64,000 nucleotides of DNA from Octopus vulgaris (lineage: Eukaryota), in the NCBI GenBank assembly GCA_951406725.2, contig OX597830.1, positions 4,526,001 through 4,590,000 of the forward strand. Reading direction: 5' to 3'. This document shows positions 1 to 14,084 of the stretch, in pieces. The notes beneath the pieces are model-generated. The model saw only the letters and a list, made by a program, of their open reading frames with translations. It was not told where the DNA came from and made no database searches. The position numbers were made by a program, and so were the translations under genes. Position 1 is the stretch's first letter. Each line of letters begins with the position of its first letter.

Positions 1-62
1 AATGCAGAACGTGTATTTTTCAACTCGTAAATCTTCAAGGCTGCAACCATTTCTTTATAGCA

Positions 63-200
<138 letters not shown>

Positions 201-481
201 TACACAAAAAAAAGGAAGAAAGAAAAAAAAACCTGAAACAAAACCAACAGAAACATCCTGAGTTTTTCTAAGAGTTACAGCTTTGATTGACATGTTTTTT
301 TTTGTATAAAAGTAGATAGATTAGCGTTTGACAGTTTTAGGTGTGGTAAATATCCCTCTGGATATTATGTAATCCAATCAGGATTATCTGTACTCTATAT
401 GCTGGCTATATCTCTTCTCTGTGGTTTAACATTGAAACACAATAATGTCTATGTGTGCACATGTGCGTGTGTGTGCGTGTG

Positions 482-519
<38 letters not shown>

Positions 520-1387
520 CTTGTAAATTATACTAATAGAAGTTCTATGGTTTCAATATATTTTTCCTTGTGTCATGTTACTAAAGAACCAAGTAAATGT
601 TTGGAAGCAAACACTAATGATTTATATGTTGAGTAGAATTTCTGAAATTCCTCTTTCATTGATTTATTGAGGAATAAATGTTTTATTTTTTCATCTTTTT
701 TTATACTATATTTTATATACATACATATATATGTGTGTGTGTATATATATATTATTTATTTTTTAGCAATTTAGTTACTTTTGTCTAAACCATTGTGGTT
801 GCGATCAACCAAACAATATTGTTGAGAGATATTCCAGAGGATTAGGTATCAGGAATGTTCTAAAAATGCTCTAATTTCGAATAATCACAATGAAAAATAA
901 AAGGATAAAAAAAAACAAGTGTCCCCACCCTGACTTCTTTTCCCATCAAGATTATAGCTGTTGAAATATTCAAATATATTTTCTTTCATGGAACGAATGG
1001 AATAATATATTTACAGTTCCCTCAGATTTCATACAAACTCACAGAAAAACACTGTTTCCATCAGAGATTTAAACAAAATGATAAACCATTCTGTTATTTT
1101 ATTTTATTTTTCTGATAAGGCTATTGATTATTGAATTGCACCCACTCTGCTATTCAAATTTATGTTATTGATCTTTTAGAAATGAAATCCAAAATCAAAA
1201 TCCACTGGGTTTGAATGCACAACAGCGGAGAATTGGATCATTTGCTGATCTATTTCATATCAATTTACATTTCAATCAGTTGAAACGCAATTCAATTACA
1301 CAGCTACGCATTAAGCAAGGTTCATAAGTCTCATTCTGTTTCAATGTACCTAGCTGCATGTATGCATGAGTATGCACACATGCCCAG

Positions 1388-1424
<37 letters not shown>

Positions 1425-1425
<1 letters not shown>

Positions 1426-1811
1426 GTTTAAATATTTGTTGTGCAAGATTTTTTATGTGAAGTCGTGTGTTGAAACAGATATTGTTATATTTCGGAATGG
1501 TCATATTGCCAGTTTAGCCAATAAAAACACACGCACTATATATTTGGTGTTATTTTGCTTCAGTGATATTGCGCAAATGAAGACATACAATAGAAATACA
1601 AAATGGCTGACGGTTAGTAAGGAGAGACACAAGTAAGTGAGAAGAAAACAAAGGACCACTGATGCGGTCACAGGAGTGTGACGAAAGAACTTTGGCCGAA
1701 ATAAGATTAAGATTAATGTAAAAAATAAATATCACTGAAGCAAAATAACACCAAATATATAGTGCGTGTGTTTTTATTGGCTAAACTGGCAATATGACCA
1801 TTCCGAAATAT

Positions 1812-1819
<8 letters not shown>
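1425..1819. mobile_element. Penelope-like fold-back insertion in (TA)n (tail 1425-1478, inverted arms 1479-1570 and 1728-1819)
   Basis: 92-bp arms that are exact reverse complements by eye, (TA)n on both flanks, and a degenerate hammerhead in the spacer. The PLE assignment is inferred from the architecture. Confidence 0.7.
1654..1697 (+). ncRNA. Degenerate type I hammerhead ribozyme motif
   Basis: GACCA-CTGATGC-G-GTCAC(aggagt)GTGAC-GAAA-G-AA-CTT-TGGCC. Stem II is 5 bp, stem I has one mismatch, and core A9 is replaced by C, so it is probably inactive. Confidence 0.45.
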
Positions 1820-1842
<23 letters not shown>

Positions 1843-2149
1843 CATGCATATCATTATCCATATCATTATCATCATCATAGATTGATAGATATGTGTGTGT
1901 AATTACAAAATTTACTTCACAAACACATAGCTTTACGTTCAGCCACCCTGCATGTCATTTTGTGCATGTGTCTTCAACTACAGACTCAGGGTAACAAAAG
2001 CCTTGTCTGTGAATTTGGATGATGGAAATAGGAACAAAAAAAAAGAAGAAAAGCTGGCTGTGTCCATGCAAATAGATATAATGTGCCTGTGTAAGTGTGT
2101 GTCCTTGCCTTGGTGTTTCGTGTTAGTTCGAAACAAGTTTCACTTTGAA

Positions 2150-2315
2150 ACAAACAGTTACTTTTGCATGAAAACAAGTCCGGAGTTGAGGGAATATATT
2201 ACCTAGCTGGAAACAGGTGAAGGTTCAAGACAGGAAGAGTATCCAGCAATAGAAACAATCTGTCTCAACCAATCTCATCCGACCCACATGAGCAACAAAA
2301 AGCACATGTTAAAAC
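2150..2315 (+). mobile_element. Degenerate RTE-tail-type repeat (family C)
   Basis: ggaagagtatccagcaatagaaa...gacccacatgagca...gttaaaac resembles the 17572-17781 tail. Confidence 0.5.
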
Positions 2316-2324
2316 AATTGGGAT

Positions 2325-2352
<28 letters not shown>

Positions 2353-2355
<3 letters not shown>

Positions 2356-2489
2356 ATTAGAAAAATCCACCTTTTATCAATTCAAAATGAACAATTAAAT
2401 TACACCATGTAGAAAATTACATATAATAGAAATATTAGTATTTCTAAATTAAATTTTTCCCTGTAAGTTAGGCATAATATTCCCTCAAA

Positions 2490-2495
<6 letters not shown>
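2353..2495 (-). mobile_element. Short (TA)n-embedded fragment, possible PLE-type tail
   Basis: About 140 bp of unique sequence between two (TA)n tracts; aattacaccatgtag resembles aatttcacctagtag in the 24053 tail. Confidence 0.35.
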
Positions 2496-2561
<66 letters not shown>

Positions 2562-2664
2562 TGTATGTGTGTTTGTGTACATATACACACTCACACACAC
2601 TTATATATATATGTTTGACCCTAAATCCACAAGTTTTTTTTTTTATTCTGTCTCTGTCTATTTC

Positions 2665-2766
2665 CTCGAAACGTAAAAGACTTTCTCACCCTACCAAGTG
2701 TCAAACTAACATACCTGCTTATTGTTTATACACCTGTCTTCATCTTTTCTTTTTCTGTAAATTTCA

Positions 2767-2771
<5 letters not shown>
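2665..2771 (+). mobile_element. Retroelement 3' fragment ending in (TA)n, related to 10790-10890 (-)
   Basis: ctcgaaacgtaaaagactt...gtgtcaaactaa...cacctgtct matches the reverse complement of 10790-10890. It begins with a CGAAAC hammerhead-like half core. Confidence 0.5.
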
Positions 2772-2803
<32 letters not shown>

Positions 2804-3607
2804 GACTGTCCCATGAAGTTAAGATCAACAAAACTGTATTCCATTCAGAGAGAGACAAATATTATTTAATGTACATAGTATAAAAATATCAGCTACTAAC
2901 ATGCAATACTTTTGAGCAATATCGAAACTCTGGGTACTTGGTCCGTTGCATGAGGAATCCCAAGACTTTTTCTAGTTTATTATTTTCTTGTGATATCTCC
3001 TGTATCCAGATTTTCAAATAGAACACAGTAGACCATGCACTCAGAGACTGAAGATTTCTTGGAGACACAAGCCACGTTATAAAAACCTGCCTAGACACAT
3101 GTCACCAGAGCAAGAAACTATAAGCAGTGCGTGTCTATACACTCTGACATTAAATGATATATGTGTATATATCTCTCTTACTTCAAAATTAAGTGGTTAC
3201 TGTTTAGGAAACATCACTATCCGTATAAAAACTCATTACAGCCATAATATATGTAAATAACTAGACATTCACAATCACATCCAATTTGATAAGATAACAA
3301 AATAGAAGCAGAACTATACAAAGAAGAAACACAATACAATAAATTAACAAGTTTCCATCCAAGACCATTTCTAATTCTTCATGACCCCATCCTTTTTGCT
3401 TTTGGTTTTATTTTCATTGAATCAGTTTTCCAATTTTCGTCTGCTTTTCTCCTCTTATTTACTATTTCCATCATTTCCACTTATTTCCTTTCTATGAGGT
3501 ATTTATTTAAATTTTTACATTCTGCCCTTTTAAAACTGCCATATCATAAACACACACACACACACACATACATATAAATACATATACATACGTATGTGTA
3601 TATGTAT

Positions 3608-3641
<34 letters not shown>

Positions 3642-3780
3642 AGCATATATATATACATGGACACACACGCACACACACATATATATACTCATATATATAT
3701 ATATATACACACAAGCCTATATATATACATGGACACACACACATATATATACTCATATATATATATATATACATACATAC

Positions 3781-3814
<34 letters not shown>

Positions 3815-5100
3815 CTATATCCATTTACACATGTCTGTCTACATTTGTGGATAATTTTTCCGAGACAAGGCTCTCTATAGCAAGTATTTGAACCAGAACT
3901 TTCTGTCTCTTCTCGCCAGACGTTTAATCTTTATACAATTAACTCAGAACCAAACAAATGGGATTTGTTCAATTTGTGTTGTTCTGAAAGAATTATATGT
4001 TATGAAAACAAAACAGATTTAATGCCAACTGTGTATTGAAACATTGATGCATTTATCTCGATAACTGTCTGGTTAGTAAAGATGCCTATGGTTGGTGGTC
4101 ACAATGGACAATCAGTCTAAACACTGCTGCTATGGAGAAGTCCTTTTGCATACGGGGAAGAAAGAGAAGAGAATCACTTCTAAACAAGTCGAATTAATCA
4201 AATGAGTGGGGTGAGGTGGGGGAGGTGATGATGACAGTGATGACAGTGATGATGAGGATGATGTGATAACAATACTGGGGGTGATGTTGGCGACGACAAT
4301 AATGACAAAGATTGTGGTACTGACATCAACAGCAATAATAATGATAATGATGATGATGATAACAATAAGAACAATGAGGATGATGATGATGATGATGATA
4401 AAAGATATCAATGGTTATAAATTTACAAAGGAAACATTTCTTTTTGCTTTTGTGAGGAAAATAATTTAAAGCACAGATCAACCAGAAGGTAAATTTGATT
4501 TATTTCAAATCCTCACATGATTATTACTTATTCATCTTTCTCATATTATTATTATCACTATTATTATTAATTTCATCAACATCAACAACAACAACAATGA
4601 TAACAATAATAATAACATGAGCATTCTTGCAAAGAGATCAAAAACGAATTTATTACATTGAAGATTGTAATTTTTTAAGGGATTTTCGAAACAGCTATTT
4701 CCACTTTCAATTCATTGTTTATAAGTGTTGAATTCATTGAAACGAAGCTGTTGTTTTGACATTTTTTGAATTTAATTTATTCCCCGGTCAAACGCAGTGT
4801 CACGTCTTTTCAAGATAGTTGAGGGAATTGAAACTCGTTGTCCAAATAGAAAAAGGAAAAATCTAAATATTGGAATTCTGTTGCCATTGAAGCATGTCCT
4901 GTGCATTACACGGTCATATTAGAAATGGACCTCTTCTTTCTGTTTGTCCGATATATTTTTGTTGGATTTTTAATTCTCATTAAAATTTTATATGTATATC
5001 TGCATTTAAAAACCATTGGACAATATAATCGTGAAATATATTCACAAATTTTCCCTATGTACAATGGTCACATGCAGTTTCCCTCTGTGTGTGTGTGTGT

Positions 5101-5375
5101 ATTCTTTTATTCTTTTAGTCATCTGACTGAGGCCATGCTGGAGCACCACCTTAAAAGATCCTAGTCAAAGAAATCAACCCAGGACTTATTTTTTGTAAGC
5201 CTGGTACTTATTCCATTGGTCTCTTTTGCCAAACCACTAAGTTATGGGGGCATGAACACACCAGCATCAGTTGTCGAGCAAGGTAGCGGGGGAACAAACA
5301 CAGACACACACACACAGATATATATACACACACAGAGATATATACACACACACACACACATATATATATACATAC

Positions 5376-5426
<51 letters not shown>

Positions 5427-5605
5427 GATATATATATATATATGCAATAGGCTATATATGACAGTTTCCAACTACCAAATCCACTAACAAGGCTTTGGTC
5501 AGCCTGAGGCTATAGTAGAAGACACTTGCCCAAGGTGCCATGCAGTAGGACTGAACCAGGAACAATGTGGTTGGGAAGCAAGCTTCTTATCACACAGCCA
5601 CACCT
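5101..5605 (-). mobile_element. tRNA-derived SINE family A, near full length
   Basis: Reverse complement of the 32357-32750 type: head gtggctgtgtg...ggttcagtcc, internal microsatellite, tail gtgctccagcatggcc. Confidence 0.9.
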
Positions 5606-5619
5606 ATATGTGTGTGTGT

Positions 5620-5835
5620 GTACCATTGTGTCTGCAACTGTTCCCCAGCCACTGCTTGACAACTGGTGTTGATGAGTTTACATCCCCATAACTTAGTAGT
5701 TCAGCCAAAGAGATCGATATAATAAGTACCAGGCTTAGAAAAGAAAAGGTATGGGAGTTGATTCGTTTCTCTAAAATTCTTCAGGGTGGTGCCCCAATAT
5801 GGCCATAGTCTAATGACTGAAACAAGTATAAGATA
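5620..5835 (+). mobile_element. SINE family A, 3' half
   Basis: gcttgacaactggtgttg...ataagtaccaggctt...atggccatagtctaatgactgaaacaagta. Confidence 0.8.
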
Positions 5836-6223
5836 AAAAAAGATATGTATGTATGTATGTATATGTGTATATATAGATATGTAGATATGTATCAAGTGCG
5901 AGAGAGAGAGAGAGAGAGAGAGACACTACATTATTGAAGTTGTTCCAGTGGCTCCTTATTCTAGAGTTTACAAGGCATGCGGCCGCTCAACTTAAAATAA
6001 AGTACCGTACTCTGCATCTGTATTGTGTACTCCATACAGATATGCATGTGAGACACTTGTAAAGCCATAGCACTTGTAACATCAAACATGCATAACTTTA
6101 TGCTCCATTGATGGGTGATGGTCATTAGTAACAGTTTTAGCTTCTGATGTCTAGGGTAGAATGGGTATAAACAACATGGCTACACACCTGGGACACCATG
6201 GAGCAGCAGGCGTTTGGACTCAC

Positions 6224-6389
6224 CTGTAGATCAGTTGACAATAGCTTTCTATTGGGCTACCATCAAACCATGATGTGCAGCAGTTATTCAGTCATTTGTG
6301 TTTAATTAACTCAGAACTGGTATTAACTAATATGAACTAACTAATTAAAACAGAGCTTCACAATTGCTGTGTAATTTCTGCCCAGTGAT
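6224..6389 (-). other. Candidate non-coding exon (166 nt)
   Basis: Minus-strand acceptor ttctttcctttaatattcag and donor CAG|GTGAGT; no open frame spans it. Supported by splice motifs only. Confidence 0.3.
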
Positions 6390-8133
6390 CTGAATATTAA
6401 AGGAAAGAAAGTGAACGAAGCACATGGGGACAGCTGCAAGAATAACTATGATTTTCTCACACACACACACGCATGCATGCATGCACGTGCACATACACAC
6501 TTCTGTATATCTGCATTGAGTCATTGCAATTAACTAAATTCTATTCGTATAACTTATTGGGAGTGAAAATATTAAATTAAATTTGAATCTTGATACCGTA
6601 TAATTAAGATGAAAGTGAATTTGAGAGGAATGATTCCAGAGGTGAGAATGACCGAATCCTGTATGGATGTATGAAAAGTAAAGTTAAAAATCTTCTTGGA
6701 TTTAATGTTAAACCAGATAATCGGTTTAAAGTTAAACCCAATATGGATTAAAGCTGAGCCCAGTGCAATTTGAGTCTACAAAATGGATTTATACAAAATG
6801 AGTTACTGCAGTTCTGTGTTAGTCACATCTGGAAAATATAGACGAGTTCCTGTGAACTAGCCCCGTAATCTAGCTTTCATTTCTTTTATTGATAAACCCT
6901 TGAAAAGGATTATGAACTTTGCACAAATTTCATTTTTACGCTTCAAAAATACAGTCTTTGTACTTATCTAAGAAAACACCACTACTTGTAGAGGGGGTGA
7001 TGGTGTTAATAACTGTGGTGGTGGTGGTGGTGGTAATAAAGATGAGGATGATGGTGGGGAGGATGTATTTTACAGAGAAATGTTTAAATGTGATTTAATC
7101 AACAATTTATAATAAAAATAAAAGTAAAAAGAAGAAAGATCAATGTGGCTGACATTTGAACCTAGTAAATCAGAGAACCTAGTGAATTACTGAAGTAAAT
7201 ATGAGGCCATAAAAACAATCCAATCTTGTGATAACTGTATCATTTATTGCAACGGTGCCATCCATAGAGTGAAACAAACAGCAGTGATGAACATGATGCC
7301 AACATCAATAGCAATAAATAGAGCAACACCACAGTGAAAATGGGAATCTGATAGAGGAAGAAAGAATAAGAGAAGCAGAATTTCTCAACTGCACCTACTC
7401 AATATTCTCAACTCTTTCTTATTAACATGTGTGTTAAATGTTCAATAAACAAAATAGAAACCATTTGACAACAGATAAATATCCAAAATACATGATTATA
7501 AAAAAAAATAACCAGACATTACTGGATTTCATTTCCTTCATTTTTAACATTGATTTATTGGTCTTCGATCCATTTTGAAAACATTTTTTAATAATTTTTT
7601 GTTACAAGCAAGTGTTGTTTAGTTTTGTTTCTGTTTTTTTTTTTTTTTTACCTTTTCTTTTCTGTTATTTTCAACCTTGCATAAACACACAGATGTAAAT
7701 TCTAGCTCAATTGCCAGTGAAATTCATTTTAGAATTATTTTACAGAGGACTTACATTTTCTCTGTCAAACAGGAAAATTCTTAGGTCAGAATCAAAACAT
7801 TTCTAACAAATTGTGATATTGAAAAAAAAAAAAGTGGGGGGGAAAAAAGAATAAAAAATTTCCTTTTTTTTTTCTTTTAAATCATTGATATTATTTAATC
7901 GAGTGGAAGGATAAAAATAGACACACACAAGAGAAGAAGGGAAAATAAACCTACACACATTCGTTTAAGAATATATCAGAGAGAAAAATTCAAATATAAA
8001 TAACACTTGCATACAGAACATACAAACATAAATATACAAAAAACTTCAAAAAGAAAAGAAAAAAAAAAGAATTCATGGTTTATACAACAGACAAATAAAC
8101 TGACCCCCCCCACCACAGCAAAACAACATATAC

Positions 8134-8175
<42 letters not shown>

Positions 8176-8459
8176 CTGTTGCATCAAACTCTTGTATACA
8201 TTCATGTCATATGTAAATACATACAAAATATAAACACGTGTGACTTCACTTTACACATTTGTGTGTCTGTGTTTAATGTTCACTAACTCTTGAAGATGTT
8301 TACGGGTCTTTTTTTTTTTCACTAATTCAACTAACTCACATAGAATTCTTCTGTAATTCCCTCCATTTTTCTGTACACCATTTAATAAAAGACCAAAAAT
8401 TCATACAAATACAGCTACAAGCAAATGTACCCAACTGATACCAATTCAGTGATGTATGT

Positions 8460-8870
<411 letters not shown>

Positions 8871-9105
8871 TGAGAGAGAGGAGGAGTACATGTTTATAGA
8901 TGCCATCCTTTTATGATAACACATAAAGCAGTGAGACTCTAAACATATTTCTTTGTTGCTTCTCCCTTTTAAAGCACAAACATTATAATTACTGTTGAAG
9001 TTAAGAGGGGGCTGATCTGCTTGGATTTAAAACATTTCAATATGGTCCCTTAATTATTCCTGTCACCCTCTAAAAGTTGATCTCAACGATATCAGTTAAT
9101 ATTGA

Positions 9106-9281
9106 CATAAAATTTTGGCACAAGATCAGCAATTTCAAGTGAGCAATTACATCACTCCCCAATGTATAACAGGTACTTATTTTATCAACTCCTGAAAGGA
9201 TTAAAGGCAAAATTGACCTCAGCAGAATTTGAACCCAGAACATGAAAATGGATGAAATACCCCTAATGATTCTGCCAGCTC
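9106..9281 (-). mobile_element. SINE family B (Meta-domain-like), degenerate
   Basis: ggtacttattttatcaactcctgaaaggattaaaggcaaaattgacctcagcagaatttgaac...gattctgccagctc. Confidence 0.75.
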
Positions 9282-9767
9282 AGTGCACAATACCAGTTAA
9301 ATACTAAGGGTGAGTTATGTAACTCTAGACCTCATCTTGTTATTATTGATTTCATAATACCCAGTTCTTGAACCAAAACTAGATTCCTGTAAATTCTTGC
9401 ATCTTCATATTTTCTTCTTTTCTTTCCATTATTCCACCCACCCCATTACCTTTGTAACATTTACCATGTCTTTCTTGTGGAACTTAAGTGTTTTATCTGA
9501 TAAAATGTCTACCATACTTGCTTCCTCTGCAGGAATCCTGTCATCTGTTTGCTAAACCCTATGATAGAGCTCACAGTAATTGGATACCTTCCTCTTGCCC
9601 TCATCTTATGATACAGCAACAGCAGTCATTAAATCATCACACTGATAGTAATTGTAACCAGGGTGGCCTGCCCATTCCTATATATGTGGTGGTGGTGGTG
9701 GAGGTGGAGATATTTTAATGGGTGCCTTCTAAAAGATAAGTCTTTGTGGGTAAACTTTATTGCAATA

Positions 9768-10169
9768 CTAGTAGTATAACCCGGCGTTGCTCGGGTTTGT
9801 TTTCTTTTCAACCCTTTAGAATTGGAATTTTTGAAGAGTAAAAATTTTGCATTATGTAGCTTGTTATTCTCTTTAAGTGAACATTTTTCTGGTTGAAATA
9901 CACCGAAAAATGGCGACACAGCAGTCAAAAAATCGTAAAAAAATAGGGATTTTCATAGAAAAAAAGCACCTTTTTGATGTAAATAATTTTTGGTGTTAAC
10001 ATGGTCCAATTTGAATTTTTTCTCCTGCAGAAGAAAGAGCAAGCCTTCTTCTATCATACTCTCAATTTTGGTCAACTTGCGCCACAGGGTCTCGGAGGAG
10101 ATAGTGTTAGTTGAAGGCTACCAAACCTGCCATACACAGAGAACTTCAGCTTTATATATATATTAGAGA
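9768..10169 (-). mobile_element. Non-autonomous Helitron (about 400 bp)
   Basis: Minus strand starts TC(TCTAATATATATATAAAGC) and ends with a GC-rich hairpin CCCGAGCAACGCCGGG (9780-9795) followed by CTAG|T. No TIRs or TSD. Confidence 0.8.
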
Positions 10170-10498
10170 AAGGGTAAGCTAGAAAAAACAGTCATTGCTG
10201 TGAAATAACCGAGTAGTTTAGAATAACATAATTTTAGTATTAGTGATGCTTGCAGGTAGAAGAGTTGAGTAAGACACACAGCAACCATCATATGATGCCT
10301 GGAGGGAGATCTAGGGCCCAGGTCCAATGGTCAAAGCTGACCATCACAGGACAGCGTTGATTTGCAACTTATCTTGCTATCTTCAGACCCACATTTAGAT
10401 TTGAATTCATCTTTGGAAATCATTGGAATGACCATTAATTCTTGACAAGAACCTAATTTACAGTAATAAAAGAATTTCATCTGTGAGTGGGATTATAG

Positions 10499-10625
10499 GT
10501 GCAAGCGTGGCTGTGTGGTTTGCTTCAGAATCATATGGTTTAGGGTTCATTTCCACCATGGGGACACTACCTGCTGCTGTCTTCTACTATAGCCATTGTA
10601 GCAAGAAACTGAAAGAAGCCTATTA
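10499..10625 (+). mobile_element. SINE family A head, degenerate
   Basis: gcgtggctgtgtggtt...gggttcatttccac...gtcttctactatagcc...gaaactgaaagaagcc. Confidence 0.7.
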
Positions 10626-10947
10626 TGTATGTGTGTGTGTGTATGTGTGAGAGTGTATCTGTGTGTGTGTGTAAGAGTGTATCTCTCTCTCTCTCTCTCT
10701 ATGCGTATGTGTGTGTGAGAATGTATCTCTGTATGTGTATGTGTGTGTTTTTCTGTCTGTTGATCACTTGATCATATTGTGCAAAAAGAAAAAAAAAGAA
10801 TCAAGATAGAGACGGGTGAGGGAATAGCAAACAAAGTGAATTAGTTTAACACACAGGAAAAATGGAAGAAGTCTTTGATGTTTCGAGCCTATGCACTTTT
10901 ATAGAAAGAAATCAAGAGAGATATCTATGTGTCTATGTCTCTGTATG

Positions 10948-11235
10948 CATCATCATCATCAATTAATGTCTGCTTTCCATATTGGCATGGGTCGGATGGA
11001 GCTGGCCAGCTGAGAGCTATCCAGTCTCCAATTGTCTGTTGTGGTATGGTTTCTACAGCTGGATGCTCTTCCTGTTGCCAACCACTTAACAGAAAGTGCT
11101 GGGTTCTCTTTATGTGCAGCTGACAGAGCTGCATTTACACAGTCCCAGTAAAGGTGCTTTTTTTTGTGACACCTGTGTGGTAGGCAGCGATTTTATTACC
11201 TTGATGTATCTTATCATATGCAGCAAATCACCAAA
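10948..11235 (-). mobile_element. RTE-tail-type repeat (family C)
   Basis: (cat)n-ttaatgtctgctttccat...gcatgggtcgga...ttctacagctggatgc; reverse orientation of the 17572-17781 type. Confidence 0.75.
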
Positions 11236-12721
11236 TCTCCCGATCCCTTGTCTGTATGAATGTATGTATTTGTGAATATATATAGGTGTGTGTGTGTGAT
11301 TCCTATTGTAACTGTTCAAGTTGCAAACAAATGGCTGTCACACAAATGCTGTCCTTTGCAGTTCTCTGCAAAAGCTTGCCCAGCCATTGAGTTGTTTACA
11401 GTTCAAAGAAAAATAGAGGCAAATATTACTTCACATGGAAACAGGAGAATGTTGGAAGAGCATCCATCCATAGGAAAATCTACCTCAATGCAGTTTCATC
11501 TGACCAATGCAAGCAGAGGAAAATTGAACACTAAAACAGTTACAATGATGATGATGATGGTGGTGGTGGTGGTGGTGGTGAGAGGATCTTTGGCAAAGGA
11601 GATTATGAGGTATCAGTGAGTAACTTCTCAAGGCTATAATAAATATTTATTTTTAAAATATTCCCTCGTTGGTAGAGAGTTTCATTCAAAATATTGGGAT
11701 ACTTTTTCTCTTGACATCAGAGGAACTTCCACAAATTTGCAAGCTTAACTAAATAAGTTTCATTGACAGAGACCCCCCATTAATTTCCAGGAATTCTGTT
11801 TTATATTTAGTATAGCTGATAATCAGATGTATAACAGCAGCAGTAGAAGTAGTGAGGTTAGAAGGATGAAGACCAGTTCTTCACCTCTATTTCTAAACCA
11901 TGAGATTATATCTCATAGCAGGTGTTAGGTTTTGTGTTTGTTCAAGATAACTTATTTTTTTCACACCCGGCTTCGGAAACATCATTATTAATTTCTTTCA
12001 GAACTCAGCCCTGCAGCTTGAGTTTATTCCAATTTAGAAATATTTCATTTAATTTGCCAATGCCTTTAGGAAAGGCACAAATATATCGCCACTTCCCCAC
12101 ACAGGCCCACTCCTCTCCGCTTAGCCTTTGTGATGGTTAAACATCAACATGATGAAGAAATGTGATAATGATCCTGACCATTATTGAGGTTGTTATAACT
12201 TGTCTTTATTAAGAAAGAAATCATTGCCGTTGTCATCATCATCATCGTCGTCATGTTTTCTTTACAATCACTAATTTCATCAATCTATACTTACTTATAT
12301 TCATTTAAAATATTCTTTTATTTACTTGCTTCTGTGTTTTTATCATCAATTTTGATTTCGCTTCCTCCTGGGGCTTGCTCAACTCTTTTGTGGTTTGTTA
12401 TTTCAATCACTTCTTCAAGTTGTGAAATTCTACAAAAATGTAGAGGAAGAGAAAGAAAATAAGTGAATATGATTTACCAAAATTCTTTAAAACTTTTGTA
12501 AAACATACGGAAAGAAAGTTAATAAATTTGTTATTAAATTAAAAGAAAATTAAAAAAAGAAATTTAATATTTGGCACATTGAGATTATTTAAAAATGTTT
12601 AACAGTGTTACATGAAAACTAATACACACACACATATTTATATATATACACAGACAAACATATATATATATATATGTACGTATGTATCTATATGTATGTA
12701 TGTATCTATGTAAATAAGTAT

Positions 12722-12787
<66 letters not shown>

Positions 12788-13863
12788 GAAATACTTATTT
12801 GTAAACCAGTCAACCTCAAAAGTCTGAATTATCTGTTGAAAGTTTCTTCCAGTCTAAAGTGAAAAATTGTATATTGAAGTAGAAGATTGGTTAGAATATC
12901 AGAGAAATATTAAAATGTCTTTCCAATAGAACTGAATCTCTCTCTCTCTCAGATCAACAATAGGAATATATTATAAGAGGTATTAGGAAATGATATTTTC
13001 TATAAAACAGAAATAGAAATATTTTCATTTAAAATATCTCCATAGATTCCGAGAGACATTTTAGAATTCGGTAAAACAGCACAATACTTTATAACAAATG
13101 TACATTCTTAACTCTCATAAACAATCACCTTGCTCTCTTTTCTAACAACTTCCTCCTCATCACCAAGTTTGCCTCAACACTACCACCACCACCATTACAA
13201 CCACTTAAAGGAAATTACATTTTTTTCTATGTTGCAGTATGAAATTGCTGCTAATTTCAGCAGAAAGTAAACTGTCTCGAACAGAAAGGTCTGGTCAATT
13301 CCATCCACCCCAGTACCTGATTGGTGCTTACTTTTATCATCCCCCCCACCAAAAAAAAAAGAAAACAGATGAGAAGTAAAGTTGAACTCAGAGTGTAAAT
13401 GGCAGGGAAAAATACCGCAAGCGTTTTACCAAACACTAAAATGGTTCTTCCAATTCTCTCTTTTATAATACAGTGATGCCATACAGCCAATGTTTCCATG
13501 CAATGTAATAATGTGCTACACTTTGACGAGTGTCATACAGCTTCTTCCTCACTTTACTTGGGTTCATCTTATTTCATAGCTTAATAAAACACCTAAACCA
13601 TATCCAACTTATTGCTCTCTTTTACTACTTAAAAGACACATCTTCACTGAAAGACAAGAAACCTTCATTGCCAAAATGACTATCAACCCTCACAACTTCT
13701 ATGAGTTTCTCTCTCTAGTCTTTAGAATTTACTTAGTAGTTTCTATATTATGTAAACTAGTAGAAACCATCTTGCACTTCTTTTGAGCAATCTAATTTTA
13801 TGTCATCTTCTCAGCCTAGAATCTAGTGAGCTGTTAGTCTGTTGGAACTCCAGTGTGTTTTAA

Positions 13864-14084
13864 CCCATTAGCATTTAAACTGGCCAAATCCAGTCCAAAT
13901 ATTCTCCTTGTTTTATGTTCAAACCAGCCAGAACCAGTTTCCCCACACCTACCATACAATGTCATTCTGAAAATAAAGAATCACATCATTGAAATCTCAA
14001 AGCTACAACATAATGCATGATTGATTCTAAGCAATGTGAATAAATAACTATTAAATTTAACAGAGAAATCTGGATGCTGAAGGG
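13864..14084. mobile_element. piggyBac-like MITE family 1 (TTAA target)
   Basis: TTAA|CCCattagcat...atgctgaaGGG|TTAA; homologous copies in the opposite orientation at about 36710-36935 and 45565-45788. Confidence 0.75.
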
